64,000 nt of DNA from Phaeosaccion multiseriatum (lineage: Eukaryota > Protista > Ochrophyta, other classes). Shown one piece after another: positions 49,358-61,429 of this stretch. The stretch covers positions 1,984,001 through 2,048,000 of the forward strand of contig OZ218954.1 of NCBI GenBank assembly GCA_965112735.1. The letters run 5' to 3'. Below the pieces are notes generated by a model, which did no database searches, was not told the origin of the DNA, and was given only the letters and a program-made list of their open reading frames with translations. The translations under genes were made by a program, and so were the position numbers. The first letter of the stretch is position 1. The number at the start of each line of letters is the position of its first letter.

Positions 49358-49857
49358 CGTGGGCAGTGTACGCAGAGGCGGTTACGTTTTGGTATGAATT
49401 CATCCTCATATAAGTACTACTAGTACAAATTTCAAGTTGTAAATGTCAGTTGGTCAGGGGGGAGAGGGGGGGAGGGAGGGAAGGAGGGGGGGAGGGAGGG
49501 AAGGAGGCAGGGAGAGAGGGACGGAGGGAGGGAGAGAGGGAGGGAGGGAGGGAGGGAGGGAGGGAGGGAGGGAGGGACAGGAAGAGGGGGGAGGGGCACT
49601 CTCACGTTGCCCTTGCGAGGAGAACTTCGGACTAACCTGATGCATGCAGGCTGCGCACAGGAAGATGATGAGGGTGAAGAGCAGGAAGGGCACAAACTCG
49701 GCTCGGAAGCCCACCTAACGGACATATACACACACAGGCAGAAGCGAGAGGTTTACACCGGGGGATTAATGGGCATTGCGCCATCCAACTTCGCTTGGAG
49801 CAGCAGCAGCAGTAGCAGCAGCAACAGTAGCAGCATCAGCAGTAGCAGTAGGAGCAA

Positions 49858-49908
<51 letters not shown>

Positions 49909-52708
49909 CAGAAGCAGCAGCAGCAGCAGTAGCAGAAGCAGTAGGAGCAACAGCAGCAGCAGCAGCAACAGCAGCAGAAGCAGCTATTGGTGACACAGCA
50001 GGGTTCAAAGAGGAGAGGCTATGAGGAGGAGGAGGCGCTTCAACCACGCACGCACACGCACACACACACACAAACACACGCACACACGTCATCACGTACC
50101 ATGAAGTACAGGATGGGGCAGAAGATAAGGGTCTGCACAAAGAGCTCCGGAATGCCGATGAGAGCGCTCGCCACAGCCACTGACGCGGGGGGGAAGAAGC
50201 CCGCCTCAGCCTGAGGGGAGGGGAGGGGAGGGGAGGGGCAGTTGATGTCCCCGGGGGTGGGGGGTACGAGTTTATGGCACCAGATGGCAAGCGGTGGATA
50301 CGCTTACTCTTCGTTTTACGCCGGAGCAGCCCACAAACACGTTTGCTTCAATGGTAGCGACAAACCTGTTCATCTTGTACACCCACCTCCTCAACTACCT
50401 ACTCATCTACCTACCTACCCACCTATCTACCTACTTCCCTCCCTCCCTCTCTCCCTACCTGCTTGAAGAATGTCGGTCTGCGAGCCATGTTGCCGGCAAG
50501 TTCGGCTATTCCGCCAAGAACGAGGTTCAGCAGCGCAAAGAACAAAACTCCCAATCGAGCGTTGGTGTCATAAAGACCCGTGTCCCAGAAGATGGAGCCG
50601 ACGATGATGGCCAGGAACAAGGACACACAGAGCTGAAGAGAGGGGGAGGGGCGAGGGGAGGGGGAGGGTGGGGGAGGGGAGAGGGGAAAGGAGGGCAGGG
50701 GAGGGGAGGGGAGAGGGGAGAGGGGAGAGGGGTTGGAAAGGAAGTGGGGGGGGTAAACGTCACTCACAGCATTGACTGACTCCTACTGACTGCTCGTCTG
50801 CCTGTGCATCTTCCAATGCCCCTGACTAACCTTGATTTTCACACCGGAGAAGTTCCTCTTTTTGAGGAGGACCTCCCTTTGCAAGGCGAGCTTGGTGTGG
50901 TATTTCAAGTCACCCGTGTACGTGCGTGTGTGTGCATCGGGAAAGGTGTAGTTGTTCGCTGAGGAATGGAATATGTTTATTGTGATGTAACGTAGTGTGA
51001 TGTGATGGTGATGATTGATGTGTGTGTGTGTAGCGGGAGAGGAGAAGAAGAAAAGGGGGTTGGGGTAAGTAAAGTGTTGTGTTGTGTTGTGCGCCTCCCA
51101 CTCCCCCCCTGGATTGGGGCTCTGGCTCTGTCACTTTTCTTTGTCATTGTCACCACTTTGTCCTTCGTCGTGACTGCTCTCCCCTCTCCTCTCTCCCCTC
51201 TCCCCTCTCGCCTCAACCATGTCCACCCCCTCGGCCCTACCATCTTACCAAGCGGATGGGGCTCGTTGAGAGTGGTGACGGTGTCTTTGTACGTTTTGGT
51301 CTCTCTCCACTTGGCTGCGAGCTCCTTGGGAGTGAGGTGCTTCATGAGGCCCGTCTCTTCGTCATCCTCAGCGCGCACAGCACCGCTGTCCTCCGTCCCC
51401 TGCGAGGCCGTGAGATAGAGGCGCCCCTCGGGAGTGGGCAGCTCCACAAGGAAGTCTGCCACGTCTTTCCTATCCGGGCACGAGTAGCCCAGAGAGGAGA
51501 AGTAGGCCTTGGCGTCCCCCGGGGGCCCGGAGAAGATGACAGCGCCTTCCGCCATGACGATGACGCGGTCAAACACCTTTTTTTTGGGGGAGGGGGGGGG
51601 GGGGGGTGTTTTTGGCGGGAAGGGAATGAATGAGAAGGCGTGTGGGAATAAGGGATGAGGCGGGAGGCGTGGAGTGAAAGGGCGGGCGAAACAAGAGGGG
51701 GAAGGGAGTGAAGGGCAGGGGGATGGAATGAATAACAGGGAGAAGGGGGCACCAAACACAACAACGAAAACAGCGCCAAAGACTCAAAGGGGCTCTGTGT
51801 TTGGCGTTACATGCGTTGCACGTACGTAGATGCGACGCGCTTCAAATCGGTCGACAGGTGCATGCCGCCTTCACACAGTTTTATTCGTGAATAACTGACA
51901 TACTTCATACTGTGGTACTCCGTAGTAGTAAAAAGGAGGGGAAAAAAACATGAAATGAAACGAACAATGACGTGAAGGAGTACTCACATCAAAGACCTCC
52001 GGCGGCGGCTGCTGCAGCACCACAACGGACGTCTTGTTGGTGGTGTGGCATACAGCGTACATGTTGTTGATTAGGTCGGCAGTGGTGCTCGTGTCCAGGC
52101 CAGTGCTCACGCTGTCGAACAGGTTGATGTTCTACGGGGAGAGAGACAGAAGGAGTCAAGAGAAGCGGCGGTAGTGAATCGAAGGAGAGAGAGACAAGGA
52201 GAAGAGAAGCGCAAGTGCATGTAACAGCACCGCACCGGAGCAACAAGAGAGCGTTGGGACTAACCACCCACTCTCTCTCACTGACTTACTAACCGCTCCC
52301 TCTCTCTCACTGACTTACTAACCTGTGTACCCAGGAGCATCTCCCCTAAAGAGACTCTCCTCCTCTCTCCGCCGCTCACGCCACGCAGCGATGCGTCACC
52401 CACTGAAGGTTGGGGTGCCAGAGAGGGGCATGGTGAGTGAGTGAGTGAGTGAGTGAGTGAGTGAGTGAGTGAGTGAGTGAGTGAGTGAGTGAGTGAGTGA
52501 AATAGTGAAAGAGTGAGTGAGTGAGTGAGTGAGTGAATGAGTAAGTGAGTGAGTGAGTGAGTGAAAGAGTGAGTGAGTGAAAGAGTGAAAGAGTGAGTGA
52601 GTGAAAGAGTGAAAGAGTGAAAGAGTGAGTGAGTGAAAGAGTGAAAGAGTGAGTGAGTGAGTAATTGAGTAAGGCGATTGAGAGGGTGTTGAAAAAGCAT
52701 CACCCTGC

Positions 52709-52748
<40 letters not shown>

Positions 52749-54872
52749 ACAGCCTGACTGTCTTCTGGTCAAACCCCATCCCCGTCTTCTCGCGGCCCTC
52801 ATGGAGAGGCAACTCCACGCGCGCATACAAACACACAGACACACACTCACACGCACACACTCACACACACACACTCACACACACACACACACACTCACAC
52901 ACACACGCACACACGCACACACACGCACACACACGCCCAAACTCACCAGGCGTGTCTCTCGCATTCCACAGCCCCAGCCCCTTCTCCACGAGTGCGGGTC
53001 TCCCGCCCGTACGGTGCATCCACTCCTGAAACTCGAGCTTTTGACGCACGCAACAAAACCCCCAAAAGGGGGGGGGTGGTGGGCAGAGGGTTAGGGGGAG
53101 GAGGACTGATTTTGAACAGTGAACTGTGGGTGAAACCATCCTCCGCCCCAACACGCTCAAAGACACTCGAACGACACGCATACGACAAGTCCCTCTTGCC
53201 ACATACAAAGTCCATATTGACACATACAAGTCCCTCTTGACACATACAAAAGTCCATACAGCTCTCCCCTGTCCCCAACCTCGGTGTACACTCCTCGGCG
53301 TCTACTTGACCGGGGCGGCGGGGGGGGGGAGGAGGAGCAGCCCTGGCTCAACTCTTATGCCTCCATCCATCATAAAATCTATCTACACGTACTTATGTAC
53401 TTACGTACTTACCTGTTCCTTTGTCAAGACGGTTCCGTGCTCCATAGGCCCGTACTGCGCGCCCCCCATGGAAGCGTAGGCGAAGCGAAACGTCTCATCC
53501 ACGGTCATGTTGGGGATGTGTTCTTCCCTCTGTCCGATCATCACGGCCATGCGCTTCAGGCTAAAGTCGCTCTTGTCCCTGTGACAGTGAGTGGGTGGGT
53601 GTTGTTGTAGTTCTTCTTTTTTTTAATTAAAAAAGTAAGTGAGAACGGAACGTTGGGAGGAGAAGATTGAAGATGGGAGGGAAGGCAAGGCAAGGCCAAG
53701 GGGAAGGAGAAGAGGAGAGACGGGACAGCGGGTGGGCGTGCTCCACCCCACTCCACTCCACTCCACTCCACTCCACTCACGTGTGCTTGCGTCCGTTGTA
53801 CAGCACGTCTCCTGAGAAGGACTTGTTGTTGGCCTTGTGGCCCAGCGTCCCGTTGAGGATATTGAGTAAGACGCTCTTACCACTCCCAGGGGGGCCTATG
53901 ATGAGCGTGAGCTGCGAGGGCTTGAAGATCTCATTCACTGAGTCCAGCACAACCTTGGCGGTGATTTTGCGGTGATACGGAGCACAGACAAAAGGGGCAG
54001 GCAGGGGCAGGCATGGGATTCGGGTGGGTGGGGAGGCGGGGAGGCATGTGGGAGAAGGAAGGAGGTAGGGTAGGTAGGGTAGGTAGATGGGTAGGCAGAC
54101 AGAGTCGAGAAGGAGAAAGAGCACAGAAAGTAGTGCCCGGCGCTGCCCGCCAGATACGCCATGCCTGCCTTTGAACAGAGCAGAGCAAGACTGACCTGGT
54201 CATCCATGGGAGGAGGGGAGAGCTTGGCCCTGCAGGGAGTGCATGTGGCGAGGCCGAGTACGCTCATGCCCACATCTCCGAGGGTGGGGTCTAGCGCCAT
54301 TCCCTTGGGCCTGGACACGACGAAGGACACGTCCTTGACGCGGATGTCGCACTTAGCGGTAGGAGGCAGTCTGTGCAAGGGAGGGAGGGAGGGAGGGAGG
54401 GAGGGAGGGAGGGAGGGTAGGCAGGGAGGGAGGGGAGGCAGGGAGGGAGGGGGTGACAAAACGCATGTATCGTCACGCCTATTTCGCAAATCACAAGCAC
54501 AAGGCTTGTCAACTTCCATTTTGAGTCCCAACTCCACTCACCTGGCCACCAATTGGTCCATTCGCCCGGCCACACCGCCTAACTTGGACAGATCATACCT
54601 TGAGCGGGGGGGGGGGGCGCAGACAGAGGGGAGGGGAGTCAGAGGCTTGGAGATGACATGGCCTTTTGAGTTTTTCATCTAAAATCGCACACAGCAGCCG
54701 CAATCCCACAAAATGCGGAGCCTCACCACACCGCATCGTACCAGTCTGTAGTGGCAATTCTCTCGAAGGTGCCGCGGGACGGTTCCTCCCCAAACTCCGT
54801 TCCTTCCTTCACAGCGACCACCTTGGCAGAGCCATTCTGCGCGCTGTCCTTGCTCTCGCCCACTGCTGCCAT
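40208..54872 (-). CDS. Full-size ABCG/PDR (pleiotropic drug resistance) transporter, NBD-TMD-NBD-TMD, ~20+ exons
   Basis: NBD1: [49 protein letters not shown]2: [23 protein letters not shown]|[77 protein letters not shown]2: [21 protein letters not shown]. Start at 54872 (MAAVGESKD) is inferred. Confidence 0.95.
44560..45045. repeat. Intronic purine-rich compound minisatellite (~60-bp unit)
   Basis: Repeated gagagaaagagaggggggggcagaggaagggagtgagagagaga units. Confidence 0.9.
45487..45810. repeat. Intronic 27-bp minisatellite (AGTACAGCACAGCACCAGCCAATCTAC/G), about 12 copies
   Basis: Directly visible tandem array with alternating C/G variants. Confidence 0.95.
47524..47686. repeat. Intronic ~11-bp minisatellite (TGCTCTACACT)
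   Basis: Degenerate tandem copies. Confidence 0.85.
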
Positions 54873-55358
54873 GGCTATAGCCACAGATGGCTACGCCACC
54901 CCCGGCGCCTGATGGGTAGAGCGAAAGATTTTTGTTAACACCCTTGAGAATTGGCAGCAAGTAGGAAAAATGAGGCAGAGTCAAATTAAGGGACGCTGTG
55001 CAGCTAGCGGCGAGAGATAGATCAAAGCACATGCACCGCGTCCATCAGCACATGGATCGGAGCACCGCATACAGCCACATACAGGGGGAAGTAGCAGCAG
55101 AAGGGACATTTGGCGGGGGAAAGTCGAATACTATTGCCGTTACCGGGGGGGAAAGGGCAAGTAATAATGATGGGTGGTGGGTGCGGAGCTTTTCGCTCTT
55201 ACCTCTTTCCTCTGTCTTGGGCCCCTTTCCTTTAGAGGCCTTGGCCGTGCCTCCTGCTCCCCTCGCAAAACTTGGGGAAAGAAGCAAGCCGACGCCGTCG
55301 GATAGACACAAACTGAAATTTGAAACTGATTGGTACCCACGCGATGCTCGACCCTCGA

Positions 55359-55480
55359 CGACCCCTGACACGCTATCGCCCACTTTCTCAATAGCGCGCT
55401 ATCTAGCACGCCCCCACAACCCCCCCCCCCCCCCCCAAAGCCGGCTGGCGCCGGGATAGCGGATAGCGTGTCAGGGGTCG
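55359..55480. mobile_element. Short inverted-repeat element (MITE-like), perfect 19-bp IR
   Basis: CGACCCCTGACACGCTATC (55359-55377) and GATAGCGTGTCAGGGGTCG (55462-55480). Confidence 0.7.
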
Positions 55481-55869
55481 ACGATGCGCATACTCGACCC
55501 ATGACGCGTGCCACCTGCTACCGCCGGCGTCGGCTCCAGGCGAGGTTTCTCGGGCTTTAGGCTTCTGGGCCGTAGCCCCCTCCAGACTTCGGGCTTCTGG
55601 CCGCAGGCCAGTGGTCAGGCTTCAGGCTTCTCAGGCTGGGAGAAAAATGGGGGACTTGGCAGGCTTCTCGCTACTTTCTGCAGGCTTCTGGCCGCAGGCC
55701 AGCCGCAGGCTTCTTACTTTCGGCCGCAGGCCGCCGCAGGCTTCTGCTTTATCGGGGGCCCGAGAAACCTCGCCTGGACCCGACCGGCGTCAGCCAACGT
55801 GCTACCTGCTAGCGGCCGACAGCCGTCGTGAGCTAGCTGCTACGGGGGGGATAGCTGGCGTACCTGCTA

Positions 55870-56135
55870 TCGACCCCTGACGTGATTCTGAGGGAGAAGG
55901 GAGGGCGGGAGGGCGCCGAGAAGCACGAATCACCTCTGTAGCGGTGCGCAGAATCACAAATCACGCCTCCAGCGGCCGCCAGAATCACGAATCACGTTTC
56001 CCTGACATATTATACGCACTATGACGTCATTCATTGCCTTATTTCGAAGGCGCACCGCCGAGAAGCACGAATCACGCCTGTAGCGGTGCACAGAATCACG
56101 AATCACTCCTCCCTCAGAATCACGTCAGGGGTCGA
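55870..56135. mobile_element. MITE-like element with perfect 27-bp IR and internal GAATCAC repeats
   Basis: TCGACCCCTGACGTGATTCTGAGGGAG (55870-55896) and CTCCCTCAGAATCACGTCAGGGGTCGA (56109-56135). Internal ~50-bp duplication cgccgagaagcacgaatcac..tgtagcggtgc.cagaatcac. Confidence 0.75.
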
Positions 56136-56291
56136 CTGCCACCGGCCGGCCGCCAGTAGCATGCTACTCGGGAGCACGTCAGGGGTCGACCATGGTCGAC
56201 CATGCTACCGAGAAAGCGTCGGTTTTAGTATGGAAGGTATGGAGGTGCCACTCGTTATTAGGCTCCGATACGGCTTCATCTTCCCTCCTCC

Positions 56292-58002
56292 TCATCGGGT
56301 AGAGAAGGTGCCGTCTTCGCTGACGAATATCCTCTTGGCTCCTCCGCCTCCGCCCTCCCCCCCCGCCCCTGCCGCCGCTGCCGTCGCCACCGCTCCTCCC
56401 CCACGCCTGCCGGCGCCTCCCCCAACCTCGTCGACATAGTCGCTCATATGATCGTGGTCGTGGTCGTCGTCTTCACTGCTATCCCCGGCGGCTGCCTCCG
56501 CGATATCGAGGGCCGCGATTTTAAGCGCCTCGTTGAGCGTCTCCACCTCGTCCTTGTAACCTCTCAGCATCTGCTCCACACGTTTCCTAGCGTCCACTTC
56601 CCTGCGCAGCGCCTCCTCTAGCCTCTTTCTGTCCGACTGCAGCTCTGCCCCTCGCTTCAACTCCGCTTCCAGCAGTGCCAGCGTGCCACGGTGTCTCTTC
56701 TCCACCTCCCCCAGCGAGTTGTTTGAGAGGCGAACGAGACGCCAACACCGTAACACCCCTAGTAACCGCACCTCACCCCCGCCCAGGCCCGGTAGGAGAA
56801 GCATGTTCTCAGGAAGCTGGAGCTGAAACTGGTCGAGGATGAAGGCTGAGGTCACCAGGAGGTCGAGAACGTAACCGTAGTGGCTGAAGAATCGGCCTCG
56901 AAAGGCCAAGAGAAGAGCGAAGAGCTCTAGGCAGAAGATGGCTGTGCTGACACGGGAGAACGTCTGTCGGAAAGAGGCAAGGGTGGTGCGAGGGCACACA
57001 TCAGAGAGGGGACGGGGAAGAGGAGATGGGAAGCGAAGCAAAAGTGGTGAGCGACAAAGGTCAAGATGGACCGGCTGCTTGGAGGCTCAACGGGGGCAGT
57101 GCAACGCTCACAAATGGCAGCCCACTGACGACGCCTGTTTCCCTATCTCGCTTTCTCGCTCTCCTCCTCCCTCTGCCCCCTGCCCCCCCTTCCCTCTCTC
57201 ACCCCTGCCCCCTGTCTCACCTCGATGAACAACGTCGCAAGGAGGTGGGCGACAGAGGTGGCATCATCCTTAGCGGCGCTCTGAGCAGTCCCGTCTCTCC
57301 TTAGCAGCAGCCCCGCCACGCACAAGGCTAGGTCGGCGAGGATGAGGAACACCATGAGCACCTGAACCTCGTGCAGCTCCACCACGCCCCCCACACCGAG
57401 CTCACGGATGGTCTGCTCCTGAGGCTTCTTGCGCTGCTGCTGCTGCTGCGGCTGCTGCTGTTGCTGTTGCTCGCCTGCGCGGGCTGGCTTGGTGTCATTG
57501 CCAGCCCTTTCTTGACCGGTGTGGTCACTTGTACCAGCCGGGGCTCGGCCGGAGGGCTGGACCTGGTGTTGCGTGTGTCGGGAACGAGTGGACGTTGCGG
57601 TGGGTGCATGAGCGTGTGCGTGACAGAGAGGGAGTGAGGGCGTGAAGAGAGGGAGTAAGGATGCCTTCTCGATAGCTCCATCGATCATTGTCACCGTCCA
57701 CAAGTGATTGAACCAGCAGCAGCCGACTCAGCGGGCCACAGCAGCAAGGCCGCGGCGAGCGGGCTACCACCACACCGAGCTGGCTTTGAGCCTAAGTAGA
57801 GACCCACCAGGTTGCCACCGCACTCCTCTCTCTCCTTGGGAGCGAGTTCCGTTGAAATTTTCAGCTTTTCCTGAACTGTGCTTGGCTTTCGTTTCCCACC
57901 GCCAGCTACGGAAGCGGCGGAGGGAGCGATCATACTATCGCTCCCGGGCGCCGCTTCGCGCTGCCTAGTGCGCAGCGTGTGGAACTCATCGAAGGTCAAC
58001 AT
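56292..58002 (-). CDS. HVCN1: Voltage-gated proton channel (Hv1-type voltage-sensor-only protein) with C-terminal coiled coil
   Basis: S1 VQVLMVFLILADLAL (mid-helix Asp), S2 STAIFCLELFALLLAF, S3 GYVLDLLVT, S4 RLLGVLRCWRLVRL (RxWRxxR signature), then a long heptad-rich helix. No pore domain. Confidence 0.8.
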
Positions 58003-58408
58003 CTAAACTCCCGATCTCACCTCCTTTTTTTTTGTTTTTTTTTTTTTTTTTTGTCTGAAGGCGGAACTGTCTGTCCATAAGTCAACAAGAGCACGTCCGT
58101 GTCTACTCAGAGCTTTTCGCGAATTTATATACAGAAAATCTCCCCATCCCCCCAGAGCTCAGCTGGTGGAACAGCACACACAGAGAACAGGAAGGGAAGG
58201 ACACGACGGGGGAAGAGAACGCAGCCGGCGAAGGGGCGGGGAGCATTGGGGGGAAGGTTTGGCATATCGAGCGCTGAGGGAGCGAGAGTTAGCGGCAGCG
58301 GCAGATGAAGAACAGGAAGGGAGAGAGTGAGTGAATATTGGGGCGCTCTATATGGCTTTTTGTAGACGGACCGGGTGCGCGGGGTGAGAGGGGGCCTGGT
58401 GGGAGAGG

Positions 58409-59858
58409 ATGGTGACCGCCGAGGCGGGGGAGGACGAGCAATGCCTCCTCCCGCTGCTAACTCCCTGCACAGACTACCCGGCTGAGGCAGACTTGGCTCA
58501 GGGAGTCGGGGCCTTTAGCGATGCCGCCAACTGCATTGTAGATCGCCAGGAAGAAGAGGAGGGTACGGCGAACCCCGGCGTGGGTTGTGAATATGAGGGC
58601 ATTCAAGAGTGCCGGCTGTGTTTCTTCGACTTTGAGACTTGGAGAGACGGTGAGTGAAGTCGATCTGAGGCCGAGACCCCTTGCAGAGCTCGACGGGCTA
58701 TAAGCTGACTGAATCTCCTCCATGTTGAGCTGGTTGCTTCACTTTTTCGCCCGGAGAGACCTCTGACACACGTGCGCCTTGCTCCTCTTCTGCCTCCCCC
58801 CCATCCCCCCCCACCCCCCCCCCACACACACACACAGGCAACCCCAATGCCCCCATGGCGCAGGACGCAGCAGAGCGCTACCCCGATTGCCCGTGCTGCG
58901 TGGAGACGAGCCTGAACGTCACCTTTTCCCCAGTCCTGCATGACTTTTGTGAGACAGAGAGGACAACTTCGAGCCCCACTACCGCAATAATGGTGGGGGA
59001 GGAAGTTACGGTGCCGACACCTGCTCCGTCATTGATGGAGACATCTCCCACCCCAGCACCGACAGTGGACTTGGCCGTTACCCCCGGACCCATCAGTAGC
59101 GAAGGGAAGGGGGGCGATACTGATTCCGATTCCGATATTGTCGGTGGCACTTCTCGCGGACACACAGAAACCAGCGACATTTCGCAAACAGTGACGTTTG
59201 TGATCTTAGCCGTGGCCATCGTGGCGGTAGCCTTGTGCTGCTGCGTCTGTGTGGCATGGCACAAAGTGCGGAGACGGGGTCGCAAGAGGAGGCGCCAGAG
59301 GAGGATGGGCGACTACTTGAAATCCGTGTGGTCCGCGCCTCCATCCCCCGGAGAAGACCTGGACAGGGGGAGAGGGTTTTGGGTCATTGAGGACGGAGAC
59401 ACGTTAGCGGGGCAGTTAGTCTCGGGGACGGTCTTGACCCTCGCCACGGCCTTTCAGGTGAGAGACAGGTGGGGGTGGGGGGGGGGGCAGGACAGGACTG
59501 GCGTTGCAGCGGTCCCTTCTCTACTGGACTTGCTCTGCGTAAGTTCCCTGCTGCCTGTTCCGGACCTCCAAGTCTCCGCAAGCGCATACTCTCCCCCCCT
59601 CTCCCTCACCTCCTCTCTCTCTCTCTCCCTCTTACCTGTCTTGTCTCAGGTACCCCTCGCCAAGGATGCCTTACGCCGTTACATGGTGGGCGTGTTTCAG
59701 AACCACGCCGCTTTCTTGTTCTTGGAGCGCAGTCACGAGCTGATTCACTCACCCCCGTGCAGTCTTCGGAGCCTGCAGGCCACCAAACAAGAGATAGCAG
59801 AGGTCTTCCTTCAGCCGGGCGGAGCCTACGAGCTAACGACGTACGTGTGTGTATGTGT

Positions 59859-59896
<38 letters not shown>

Positions 59897-60895
59897 ACGC
59901 GCGTGTTTGTATGCGTGTGTACAGACGTGTACCCCACGGAAATGGAGGTGTAGGCAGGCATATGGGCAGGCAGGGCTCTGCGGCAGGACAGTCACGGTGA
60001 ACCAACATGTGGCGACCCAGTTCCTTTATGTATGCGATTATGAAGCCAAACCGCACCCACGCGCTCCCGCTTCCTCGCCGTTCCATCGTCGTCCCCCCTC
60101 CCCCCCCCCCCCCACACACACACACACACAGCTTGCCCAGTCACGTCCGTCGGCGAGCGCTAAACTCCGCGACAGGCGCCTGCCATGTGGCCTTGTGCAT
60201 TGTACCCAGCGTGTTGGAAGGCACAGGCACTCCGGCCGAGTGCAGCTGCTTTCAGGGGGCCACTCTGGCTCTGCAGAAGAGCGTGCTGGACTCGGCGTGG
60301 GAGGGCTTTCTAGCTAGCCAGGTTGGTTGGTTGGTTGGTTGGTTGGTTGGTTGGTTGACTGGTTGGTTCATTTCACTCCTCTGCCGCTTCATTCCTTAGT
60401 TTTTAGGCTTGCGGTGTGAGCATTCGTAACGCAAAGTGCCAAAGATGAGGCTTTGTGGGCACTCACTCCTCTCTTTGACTCCTTCCGCACATTGCTCGCG
60501 TACTCATGTACTCACCCCCGATACGTGCTTGCTTCCCCCTCTCCTGTTTGCGCCTTTGCTCCTCTCGCCTTCCCCTCCCCTCCCTTCCTTTCTTCCTTCC
60601 CTTCTTTTACTTCCCTACTCAGGAGCTGAAGGACATCATGAATGTAACCGACACGCCCTTCACCACTGTGGCCACCGCAGAAGCACAAAAGGCAATTGTG
60701 CTGTCCGACGAGCGCGAGCTGGAGCTCATTTATCGGGGTGTAGAAACGGGGTGCAGAAGCTGGTATCAGCGGATCTTTTCCACGAGTCCGAAAACGCGGG
60801 CGGGAAGGGCGAGTGTCATCAACCGCGCGAGGACAGGGTCGGGAGGGAGCAGGAGCCGCTTGGAGAGCTGGAGCGAAACCAAGGCTTTCCTGTAG
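58409..60895 (+). CDS. Single-pass membrane protein: Cys-rich ectodomain, Ser/Thr/Pro stalk, TM, cytoplasmic RGS-like domain; start uncertain; exons approx 58409-58649, 58839-59457, 59650-59840, 60132-60321, 60623-60895
   Basis: CTDY...GVGAFSDAANC...GVGC....ECRLCFF..CPCC; TM VTFVILAVAIVAVALCCCVCVAW followed by a basic stop-transfer segment; RGS-like LRRYM...AAFLFLE...EIAEVFLQPGGAYELT|LPSHVRR...FQGATLALQKSVLDSAWEGFLAS. Confidence 0.65.
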
Positions 60896-61429
60896 AGAGA
60901 GGGCATCGGTTGTGAGGAGGAAGAAGGGGGGGGGTGGGGTGGAAGCGTGGAAGTTGGTTGGCGGTGTATTATAATGGGAGGAGGATACGGATAAGAGAGG
61001 CTGGCCCTATTGTGCAAGGGGTGGTGGTCGGTTGTGACGGTCGAGACGGCGATCAAGACCGTGAGGAGTGTGACGGAAGTGGGAGGCATGCATGCTCCAT
61101 AGACGTGAGTGGCACATGAGAGGGGGAGGAAGGAGGGGTCTGAGAAGGAGGGAGGTGTATCGTGGGAGGGATATAGATTGGAGAATTGGCGTGTGGGTGG
61201 CGAGTCCTGTGAGCCTGTAGTCGACATCCAGCAGGGATAGAACATGAGGGAGGGGAAGGAGGAGAACAAAAAAAAAAAAAAAAAAAAAAAAAAAGCAAAA
61301 CATGACATATGACTCTCATATGCCCAAGAACTGAAACTGGGAGCTAGGGGGAGATGAGCTTGAGAAAGAGAGCACCGCCGCTCCTTCACCACCGCCTGCA
61401 TTCCCCGCCGCGCCGCCGCAGCCGTAGGG

